A stretch of DNA of 64,000 nucleotides from Candidatus Binatia bacterium. Lineage in GTDB: Bacteria > Desulfobacterota > Binatia > HRBIN30. The DNA lies in contig CALAMI010000015.1 in the NCBI GenBank assembly GCA_937925685.1, positions 232,911 through 296,910 on the forward strand, given 5' to 3'. Positions 8,513 through 16,172 of this stretch are shown one piece after another. The notes under the pieces are model-generated. The model was not told the origin of the DNA. It did no database searches and saw only the letters and a list, made by a program, of their open reading frames with translations. The stretch's first letter is position 1, and each line of letters starts with the position of its first letter. A program made the position numbers and the translations under genes.

Positions 8513-9872
8513 CGAACCTAGCGTTCGTCAATCTTTGACCTTGATCCTCAAAGATCAATACGAAGTGCTCGCTGCTGCTACGGGTGACAGTGCATTTGAG
8601 ATCCTGGCAACGACCCCGGTCGATGTCGTTCTTCTCGACATCCTGCTTCCAGGTATGGACGGGCTAGAAGTTCTCGAAAAAATTAAGCAACGCATACCGT
8701 CACCGCAGGTGATCATGTTGACCGCCACCAAAACCGTGAAAACGGCAGTGCGAGCAATGAAGTTAGGAGCCTTTGACTACGTAACAAAGCCCTTCGACGT
8801 AGAAGAACTCCTTCTCCTGGTCGAGCGTGCCGTACAGTCAGCAGCCTTGGTGGAAGAGGTCGAGAATCTGCGTGCCGAGGTCGGACAGCGGTACAGCTTT
8901 GAAAACATCATCGCCCGCTCGCCGAAGATGCAAGAGATTTTGCGCACCGTGGCTCGGGTCGCCCCACTGAAGACAACCGTGCTCATCACGGGCGAAAGCG
9001 GTACCGGGAAAGAGCTCATCGCCAAAGCGTTGCACTACCATAGCCCCCGGGCACACCGGCCTCTGGTCACCCTCAACTGTGCGGCCATTCCCGAAAACCT
9101 GTTGGAAAGCGAGCTTTTCGGCCACGAACGGGGGGCTTTTACCGACGCCCATGCGCGGAAGCTGGGCCAATTCGAGTATGCCGACCAGGGAACAATCTTC
9201 CTCGACGAGATCGGCGAGATGCACCCCTCCATCCAAGCGAAAATCTTACGAGTACTCGAACAAGGCGAGTTTATTCGCGTGGGGGGAAATCAGCCGATCC
9301 GTGTCGATGTGCGAGTCGTCGCCGCTACGAACCGCGATCTCCATGAGGGCATGCGCGAAGGCCGCTTTCGACTCGACCTTTACTACCGCCTCAATGTGGT
9401 CTCGATTCACATTCCGCCGTTGCGCGAGCGACGGGAGGATATCGTCCCGCTCGTTCGACACTTCCTCATTCTGAAATCGCGGGAATTAGGAATCCCCGAG
9501 AAAATGTTCTCGAACGAGGCACTCGATCTTCTCCTCGGTTATTGGTGGCCAGGGAACGTACGCGAACTGGAAAACGTGGTGGAACGGGCCATGGTCCTTT
9601 CCCCCCAGCGGGTCATGGAGCCGTCGGACCTTCCAGAATACATCGCCAACCCGCGCCAAACCCAGTTTCATCCTGCACAGCAAAGCGTCCTCCGTGGCGA
9701 AACCCGCCTAAGCGAGGCCGTCGATCAATTCGAACAAGAACTCATTCGTCGCGCTTTGGAACAAGCACAGTACAACCAGACACGAGCAGCAGAGATTTTA
9801 GGGACCACGCGGCGCATCCTGAAATATAAAATGGATAAACTGGGCATTCGCCCCGCCGAACCGGAAGCATGA
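8481..9872 (+). CDS. sigma-54-dependent response regulator (NtrC/AtoC family) with GAFTDA loop variant
   Basis: Motifs: VLIVDDEP...LLDILLPGMDG...KPF receiver; GESGTGKE; TIFLDEIGEM; WPGNVRELENVVERA; C-terminal HTH YNQTRAAEILGTTRRILKYKM. The sigma-54 contact loop reads GAFTDA (9132-9149) rather than GAFTGA. It overlaps the upstream kinase by 32 nt. Confidence 0.9.
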   Translation: MAKRRVLIVDDEPSVRQSLTLILKDQYEVLAAATGDSAFEILATTPVDVVLLDILLPGMDGLEVLEKIKQRIPSPQVIMLTATKTVKTAVRAMKLGAFDYVTKPFDVEELLLLVERAVQSAALVEEVENLRAEVGQRYSFENIIARSPKMQEILRTVARVAPLKTTVLITGESGTGKELIAKALHYHSPRAHRPLVTLNCAAIPENLLESELFGHERGAFTDAHARKLGQFEYADQGTIFLDEIGEMHPSIQAKILRVLEQGEFIRVGGNQPIRVDVRVVAATNRDLHEGMREGRFRLDLYYRLNVVSIHIPPLRERREDIVPLVRHFLILKSRELGIPEKMFSNEALDLLLGYWWPGNVRELENVVERAMVLSPQRVMEPSDLPEYIANPRQTQFHPAQQSVLRGETRLSEAVDQFEQELIRRALEQAQYNQTRAAEILGTTRRILKYKMDKLGIRPAEPEA

Positions 9873-9962
9873 TGCCAGGCACACCTCCCTCGCCGCATTT
9901 GCGGCCGCAGCAGCGTCCGTAGTTAAGCGCCGCTAGCCCCCCGTTAATTCGATGGGGCGCTG

Positions 9963-9978
9963 GTGACAACTTTGTCAC
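9963..9978. promoter_or_regulatory. 16-bp palindrome GTGACAA-ct-TTGTCAC (candidate activator binding site)
   Basis: Perfect 7-bp arms, read directly. It sits in the 256-nt gap after the NtrC-type gene, ~150 nt upstream of a -24/-12-like element. Confidence 0.3.
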
Positions 9979-10119
9979 GGCCGTACAAAATTGCACACCC
10001 GATAGCGCTCGCTGGCGCGCCAGAACTCAGCAAAAAAGTTTGCCAAGGCTCTGAACTTACGAGATTTTCTCCTATTCACCCAAAGGAGAACGATCACCAA
10101 TCTGCGCCAAATTTAACGT

Positions 10120-10135
10120 TGGCGCGATTTGTGCT
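10120..10135 (+). promoter_or_regulatory. sigma-54 -24/-12-like element TGGCGCG-attt-GTGCT
   Basis: GG and GC dinucleotides are at canonical spacing versus the TGGCACG-N4-TTGCW consensus. Caveat: the predicted start site falls only ~4 nt before ATG 10150. Confidence 0.25.
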
Positions 10136-10149
10136 TTGCGCTTTGCCTC

Positions 10150-11268
10150 ATGCATGGAGCGGAGCCGCAGGCAGAGCGCGCAACCCTGCTAGTTGTCGAT
10201 GACGAGGTCGGTCCTGCCGAAGCTCTACGGATGGTGTTCCATCCCCACTATCGGGTTCTCATTGCTCGCCGTGGTGAAGAAGCGCTTCACGTCCTTCGCA
10301 GAGAGGCGGTTGACGTCGTCACCCTTGATTTACGGATGCCGCAGATGACCGGAGTGGAAGTGCTCCGCGAAATCAAGTCAGAGTTTCCCGACGTCGAAGT
10401 CATTATCATCACGGCCTATGCGTCGTTAGATACGGCGTTGCAGGGGCTGCGCTGGGGAGCGTTCGACTATGTCATCAAACCTTTCGATGTTCCCCACATC
10501 GCCGAACTCGTGGACCGTGCGGTCAAGCGTCGCCGTGCACGGCTTGAGGGCCGACGGTCGCCAGAACAGTTTCTCGGCAACGTGTCACACGAGCTACGCA
10601 CCCCGCTGAGCGCGATTATTGGTTACAGCTCAATCCTAGCCGAAGAACTCGCAGGCAAAATTGATCCCGATCAACTCACGGCGCTCAACCGAATCCAGGT
10701 GAATGCGATCGAGTTACTCGATTTGATCGAGGGGATTCTGCTTTTGAACGCCATCGATGCGGGTGAAATCCCAGTCGTCGTAAGTGAGTTCAATGTCGTC
10801 GAGGTTGTGCAGCAGGTTGTCCAGCAGTTCCATTTGGCCGGTCGCGAACGGGGAATCGATTTCCTCTTCGAGGCCCCTTCAGAGCCTATTATCATTCGCA
10901 GCGATACGCAGAAGATTCAGCGGATCTTCCGAGCTTTGCTCGACCATGTGCTGAAGTACAGCACCGATGGAGGAATCACGGTTCGTCTGGAAGGCGAAGC
11001 GAAGCCATCGGGAATTCGCATCTCCATCATCGACGCAGGAACCGCCATCGATCCAGAAGAACTTCAGCAAGCGATCCAAGGCTTTTTGGCCGACGACTTT
11101 GCCGGTCGTCGGCGCGACCGGGGCTTAGGCATTGGCCTTCGCGTCGCCGTCCAGTTTGCTCGCATGCTTGGCGGCCGCATCAGTGCCGAGCCGCAGCCCC
11201 ACGGGGGCACCAAGGTCACGGTCGAGATTCCCAACTGGCGTTTCTACCCGAGACCACACCCACACTGA
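10150..11268 (+). CDS. hybrid receiver-histidine kinase (REC - HisKA - HATPase_c)
   Basis: Motifs: LLVVDDE...TLDLRMPQMTG...KPF receiver; H-box FLGNVSHELRTPLSAI; C-terminal GLGIGLRVA...GGRI G2 region. ATG 10150 is preferred over TTG 10129. Confidence 0.9.
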   Translation: MHGAEPQAERATLLVVDDEVGPAEALRMVFHPHYRVLIARRGEEALHVLRREAVDVVTLDLRMPQMTGVEVLREIKSEFPDVEVIIITAYASLDTALQGLRWGAFDYVIKPFDVPHIAELVDRAVKRRRARLEGRRSPEQFLGNVSHELRTPLSAIIGYSSILAEELAGKIDPDQLTALNRIQVNAIELLDLIEGILLLNAIDAGEIPVVVSEFNVVEVVQQVVQQFHLAGRERGIDFLFEAPSEPIIIRSDTQKIQRIFRALLDHVLKYSTDGGITVRLEGEAKPSGIRISIIDAGTAIDPEELQQAIQGFLADDFAGRRRDRGLGIGLRVAVQFARMLGGRISAEPQPHGGTKVTVEIPNWRFYPRPHPH

Positions 11269-11283
11269 CACAGGGGCACATCC

Positions 11284-12000
11284 ATGATGGCAACTTTTAC
11301 CGTTGCTGCGGACTTCCAAGCGTGGCTCTTTTGCCGGCAATGTGAAGAGGCAGAAGTGTTGCGTCCTTCCGGTCCTGACCTGCTCCCTCCCACAGAACGG
11401 CGGGACAGCGTCGTCAGTTTCTTGGAGCAGCATGCGGGTCACACGGTTACCCAGCTCGTTCCTACAGGACCCGGAGCAACTCTTTACTCCGGCCCCCTGT
11501 GGGACCCCCACACTGTCCTTTGGATCGAGGTCACCGACGGACACGTCAGCTTCGTTCTCGAAGGCTTTCGCTCGAGAATCGACGCGCCGCGGCGCTATCG
11601 GCTGCGGCGAGGCGCGCTTCTCTGCAAAACTGTATTTCTGGAGTTCGACCGAGGCTTAGCCAGGTTAGCATGGAACCATTCCTTCGGGGCCACAGGAAAG
11701 CATTCCGAAGGGGAACTCCTTGTCGACCGGGCACAGAAACTCATTGCCCAAATCGACCCAGAAACAGTCGAACCTGAATTTGACGACAGCAACGATCCCG
11801 AAACCGCCTTTGCAGCTTGGCCTCCGGCTGCTCGCGAAGCGATCAGAACTCAAGGCCGGTTAGTTCTGCCTCGAGCTTTGCACCGCCAGTGGGACGCCTT
11901 CGTGCGCGAGCATTGTAACTCTTATGGAGCCTGGGCTCTGCGCGTGCGCACCAGAGTGCAGCTTGCCGGAGCAGCGACTCGGTTGAACGCCCCTCTATAA
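11284..12000 (+). CDS. hypothetical protein (no recognisable motif)
   Basis: A 238-aa ORF begins 15 nt after the kinase stop. It has coding-like composition, but I recognised no family signature. Confidence 0.55.
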   Translation: MMATFTVAADFQAWLFCRQCEEAEVLRPSGPDLLPPTERRDSVVSFLEQHAGHTVTQLVPTGPGATLYSGPLWDPHTVLWIEVTDGHVSFVLEGFRSRIDAPRRYRLRRGALLCKTVFLEFDRGLARLAWNHSFGATGKHSEGELLVDRAQKLIAQIDPETVEPEFDDSNDPETAFAAWPPAAREAIRTQGRLVLPRALHRQWDAFVREHCNSYGAWALRVRTRVQLAGAATRLNAPL

Positions 12001-12014
12001 CGAACGCATCCCCT

Positions 12015-13244
12015 GTGGTAGTTTTGCTCCGTATGCTCAGCGGTGACGCGACAGCGCTTTGCAGCGGAGCCCTCGATGGCGTGAGTCGCCACTGGCGGCG
12101 CATTTTTGCCGCTGTGCTCGACGGCAGACCTCTCGACCGAGAAAATGCCATCGCTCTCTTGGAGAGATCAGACGAGCGCCTCTTCTGCACACTCCTCTCT
12201 GTGGCAAGCGAGATTCGCGTTAGGGCCAAGGGGCACGTAATCACGTATTCGCCCAAGGTATTCCTCCCCGTCACGAACCTTTGCCTAGACCGTTGCGCGT
12301 ATTGCACCTTCCGGGCAGATGTCGACGATCCTCACGCCTGGACCATGTTACCCGAAGAAGTGCGCAACGTTTGCGAGCAAGGGCGACGCGCCGGTTGCAC
12401 AGAGGCACTCTTATGCCTCGGGGACAAGCCAGAACGCGCTTTTAAAGCGTACCGTGCCACCCTACACGTGTTCGGCTGCCGATCGACGGTGGACTACCTT
12501 ATCCACTGCAGCGAAGTCGCGCTAAGTCAGGAGTTGTTCCCACACACCAATGCCGGTTTGCTCAGTCGAGAAGATATGGAAAAACTCCGGCCCACGAACG
12601 TAAGCCTTGGCTTGATGCTAGAAAACATTTCCCCCCGGCTGCGCCGACGGGGCCAAGTGCACGCCCAAGCGCCGGATAAAGATCCGCAAAAACGGCTCGC
12701 CATGATACGCCAAGCGGGCGAGCTTCGAATTCCGTTCACGACCGGAATTCTGCTGGGAATTGGCGAGACACCCGCTGAAGTGGTCGATAGCGTGCTAGCA
12801 ATTCGTGCCCTTCACGAACAGTTCGGTCATGTCCAGGAAATCATCATTCAAAACTTCCGCGCGAAGCCGACAACTCGCATGGCCTCAGCACCCGAACCCA
12901 GCAATGTTGACACGGCGAAAACGATCGCGGTCACGCGCTTACTGGCCCCGGCAATGAACATTCAAGCACCACCAAATCTCAGCCCTTACGACCACCGGTT
13001 ACTTCTGCGCGCGGGATTAAACGACTGGGGGGGAATTTCCCCTTTAACTCCCGACTTCGTCAACCCTGAAGCCCCATGGCCGCATGTCGCCGCCCTTGCT
13101 TCACTCTGCCGCGACGAGGGATTCGCGCTCGCGCCACGCCTTCCGATCTACCCCGAGTATCTATTACAGCCCGAATTCATCCACGAAAATTTGCGCCGAC
13201 GTTTGCAAAAGCTTCAGCAACCGAAAGGAGTGCCAACATGCTGA
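12015..13244 (+). CDS. cofG: 7,8-didemethyl-8-hydroxy-5-deazariboflavin (FO) synthase subunit CofG (radical SAM)
   Basis: LPVTNLCLDRCAYCTF carries the CxxxCxxC motif. FTTGILLGIGET matches the family, and a cofH paralogue follows immediately. The exact start is uncertain (12015 GTG or ATG 12033). Confidence 0.9.
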   Translation: MVVLLRMLSGDATALCSGALDGVSRHWRRIFAAVLDGRPLDRENAIALLERSDERLFCTLLSVASEIRVRAKGHVITYSPKVFLPVTNLCLDRCAYCTFRADVDDPHAWTMLPEEVRNVCEQGRRAGCTEALLCLGDKPERAFKAYRATLHVFGCRSTVDYLIHCSEVALSQELFPHTNAGLLSREDMEKLRPTNVSLGLMLENISPRLRRRGQVHAQAPDKDPQKRLAMIRQAGELRIPFTTGILLGIGETPAEVVDSVLAIRALHEQFGHVQEIIIQNFRAKPTTRMASAPEPSNVDTAKTIAVTRLLAPAMNIQAPPNLSPYDHRLLLRAGLNDWGGISPLTPDFVNPEAPWPHVAALASLCRDEGFALAPRLPIYPEYLLQPEFIHENLRRRLQKLQQPKGVPTC

Positions 13245-14482
13245 ATCCAGAACTGCGGGCCTTGATCTTCGATGCACCACCTTTGGAACACGCCCTGCGT
13301 CAGGCTAAGCCGGCGTTTGCCCGTATCCTAGAAGGAGCCCTAGCGGGGCGCGAACTCACAGCCGAAGAAGGGCTGCAGCTGCTCGATGCAGAGGGCAGAG
13401 AGCTAGTGGCGCTATTGCGTGCAGCCGATATGGCGCGTGCCCTCGATGTCGGCGACACCGTAACCTATGTCGTCAACCGGAACATCAACTTCACCAACGT
13501 GTGCTTCGTCGGCTGCCAGTTTTGCGCCTTTGCCCGGCACCGAAAGGATGCGGACGCCCGCACCGACTCTTTGACCACCATTCTGGCAAAAGTTGCCGAG
13601 GCCGTAGAACGTGGGGCAACGGAGATTTGCATGCAAGGGGGCATCAATCCGGAAATGCCACCGCTCTTTTATCGCGATGTTTTGATCGAGATCAAACGCG
13701 CGTTCCCCGACATCCACATTCACGCCTTCTCGCCGATGGAAATTTTCTACGGTGCCCGCCGAGCGGGCCTACCTTACCGTGAGTATCTCACCATGCTGCG
13801 CGATGCGGGCTTGGGCACCATTCCAGGCACGGCTGCCGAGATCTTGGATGACGAGGTTCGTGACGTACTTAGCCATAAAAAGGTGGACGTCCGAAGTTGG
13901 ATCGAGATCGTCACAACGGCACACGAAGTAGGGCTACGCAGCTCGTCTACGATGATGTACGGACACATTGAAAAACCCCACCACATAGTCCAACACATCG
14001 AGATTCTCCGTTCCATTCAACGTCGAACTGGCGGGTTTACGGAATTCGTGCCGCTGCGCTTCATTCACACATACACAGCGCTGTACCAAAAGGGGTTGGT
14101 CAATCCGCCACCTAAAGGCGTCTTCGACCTCAAGGTCTATGCGTTTTCGCGCCTCATGCTTCGTCCCCTCATCGTGAACGTGCAAACCTCGTGGGTGAAG
14201 CTTGGGCCAGAACTGGCGCAATCGAGCCTTGCGGCAGGCTGTAATGATTTCGGAGGCACCCTCATGGAGGAGCAAATTTCGAAATCGGCCGGAGCTGATG
14301 CCGGGGAATATCTACCTGTTGAAACCATCCGCAGCCTGATTCTAGGCATAGGACGAACACCTGAAGAGCGCACAACCGTGTATGGCAGAGTTCCACGCAA
14401 CAACGCGATCGCCTCAAGTGGTCGTCCTAGCTGGGGGAGTGGGAGCCGCACGCTTCCTCCGGGGCCTGCATTCGTGCATTGA
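13238..14482 (+). CDS. cofH: FO synthase subunit CofH (radical SAM)
   Basis: Start reset to ATG 13238 (AAAGGAG upstream; 7-nt overlap with the cofG stop). NFTNVCFVGCQFCAF carries CxxxCxxC; SSSTMMYGHIE is also present. Confidence 0.9.
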   Translation: MLNPELRALIFDAPPLEHALRQAKPAFARILEGALAGRELTAEEGLQLLDAEGRELVALLRAADMARALDVGDTVTYVVNRNINFTNVCFVGCQFCAFARHRKDADARTDSLTTILAKVAEAVERGATEICMQGGINPEMPPLFYRDVLIEIKRAFPDIHIHAFSPMEIFYGARRAGLPYREYLTMLRDAGLGTIPGTAAEILDDEVRDVLSHKKVDVRSWIEIVTTAHEVGLRSSSTMMYGHIEKPHHIVQHIEILRSIQRRTGGFTEFVPLRFIHTYTALYQKGLVNPPPKGVFDLKVYAFSRLMLRPLIVNVQTSWVKLGPELAQSSLAAGCNDFGGTLMEEQISKSAGADAGEYLPVETIRSLILGIGRTPEERTTVYGRVPRNNAIASSGRPSWGSGSRTLPPGPAFVH

Positions 14483-15344
14483 GCCACGAACGACCGCAGT
14501 GGTCGTCAATACAGCGGACGACGATGAGTTTTACGGCCTTCATGTGTCGCCAGATATCGACACCGTGATTTACACCTTGGCCGGACTCGCCCCGCTGCGT
14601 CGCGGTTGGGGCCTTGCCGCTGACTCGTTTCACTGCCTCTCCGCACTGGAGCGCTTTTACGGCCCGGCATGGTTCCGATTGGGCGACCGCGACCTTGCCA
14701 CACATCTCTATCGCACGGAACGGTTGCGCCGTGGCTTGAGTCTAACCCAGGTCACCACCGAACTCGCCCATCGCTTTGGGGTGCAGGAGCGGATTTTGCC
14801 CATGACCGATGCGCGCGTGGCTACGTTCATCCGCACGCGGCAGCAGGGATGGGTGCCTTTTCAGAAGTACCTCGTCCACCACTCTAAGTGCGCACAAGTC
14901 GACGCGATCCAGTTCCGTGGGATAGGAAAGGCGAAACCAACGAGGCAGGTCGAGTACGCCTTGCGCCACGCCACTCACGTGATCCTTCCGCCGAGCAATC
15001 CGTTGGTAAGTCTTGGACCCATCCTACGGCTGCCTGGCGTCCGGCAACGTTTGCGGGCAAAACGAAGCCATGTCCTAGCCATCAGCCCCCTTCTGGGAGA
15101 CGCCCCAGTGAAAGGTCCCCTCGATCACATGCTCCGGGGCTTAGGACACGAGGTATCCCCTTACGGCGTCGCCAAACTCTATCGCGACATTGCCTCGATC
15201 TTCGTGATCGATCGCCGCGATGCTCGGTACGTGCCTTCGATCGAGCAGCTCGGAATGCAGCCCGTGCTCACGGACATTCTTATCGCTGCTCCCGAAAAAG
15301 CCCGCACGTTAGCCGAACTGTCGCTGGAGTTGCTTGGTTTATGA
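14382..15344 (+). CDS. cofD: 2-phospho-L-lactate (LPPG):FO transferase CofD
   Basis: The N-terminal VVVLAGGVGAARFLRGL motif and the position in the cof cluster support the call. The start may be GTG 14418. Either start overlaps the cofH 3' end by 65-101 nt. Confidence 0.85.
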   Translation: MAEFHATTRSPQVVVLAGGVGAARFLRGLHSCIEPRTTAVVVNTADDDEFYGLHVSPDIDTVIYTLAGLAPLRRGWGLAADSFHCLSALERFYGPAWFRLGDRDLATHLYRTERLRRGLSLTQVTTELAHRFGVQERILPMTDARVATFIRTRQQGWVPFQKYLVHHSKCAQVDAIQFRGIGKAKPTRQVEYALRHATHVILPPSNPLVSLGPILRLPGVRQRLRAKRSHVLAISPLLGDAPVKGPLDHMLRGLGHEVSPYGVAKLYRDIASIFVIDRRDARYVPSIEQLGMQPVLTDILIAAPEKARTLAELSLELLGL

Positions 15345-16096
15345 GCCTTGTGTTCACACCAATCCAGGGGCTTCCTCTGGTGCAACCGGGCGATCCGCTG
15401 CCCGAACTCATTGTCCACGCGCTCGCAGCGCAGGGGCTCAGCTTGACCGACGGCGACATCCTCGTCGTTTGCCAAAAGGTGGTGTCAAAGAGCGAAGGAC
15501 GGGTCGTGGAACTCCGTCGCGTTGACCCAACGCCCGCCTCCCGCAATTTGGCGCTCGCTCTCGGTGGCAAAGATCCTCGGCTGGTTGAACTCGTGCTGCG
15601 AGAAACCAACCGGATCGTGCGAGCACAGCGAGGGGTACTGATCGTGGAAACTGGTCCAGGCTGGATTTGCGCGAACGCTGGGGTGGATGAGTCGAACAGT
15701 CCCTCGCCGGACACCGCAGTGCTGTTACCGCTCGATCCCGATTTAACCGCACAACGGATTTCGACTACGGTTAGACAGAAAACGGGGGCGGAAGTTGCTG
15801 TCATCATCAGTGACACCTGGGGACGCCCCTGGCGGAACGGCTTGGTGGACTTCGCTCTGGGTGTGGCCGGGATGGAGCCGTTGCTCGACTGCCGCGGGAA
15901 AGCCGATTTGAACAACCGCGAGCTCCACCACACCGTCTTTGCCCAGGCCGACGCGCTGGCCGCGGCAGCGGGGCTGCTTATGCAGAAGGACGCCGGCGTT
16001 GCCGTCGTCCACGTTCGCGGCTACCGGTGGCAGTCTTCTCCCCACGTGTCGGGTCGTGCCCTGATTCGCCCCGCAACCGAGGACTTGTTCCGCTAA
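15341..16096 (+). CDS. cofE: F420-0:gamma-glutamyl ligase CofE (single-domain type)
   Basis: Start reset to ATG 15341 (ATGA overlap with the cofD stop). Motifs: DGDILVVCQKVVSKSEGR...ANAGVDESN...ISDTWGRPWRNG. Confidence 0.85.
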   Translation: MSLVFTPIQGLPLVQPGDPLPELIVHALAAQGLSLTDGDILVVCQKVVSKSEGRVVELRRVDPTPASRNLALALGGKDPRLVELVLRETNRIVRAQRGVLIVETGPGWICANAGVDESNSPSPDTAVLLPLDPDLTAQRISTTVRQKTGAEVAVIISDTWGRPWRNGLVDFALGVAGMEPLLDCRGKADLNNRELHHTVFAQADALAAAAGLLMQKDAGVAVVHVRGYRWQSSPHVSGRALIRPATEDLFR

Positions 16097-16172
16097 CCGG
16101 CTTCGTTCCTGCTCGCGACTGTCTATTCTCGCGGCCGCTTGTCGGACTTTCCCCGCCGCTGGCGCCTGGGAG

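Noticed and set aside
13076-13237. 5' extensions of track ORFs (13076.., 14888.., 18168..19853, 22543.., 40139.., 47958.., 48565.., 53500..54435)
   Set aside because: The extensions overlap the preceding gene out of frame. The conserved protein core starts at an internal ATG/GTG that has an RBS or a 4-nt stop-start overlap. I trimmed the starts accordingly.
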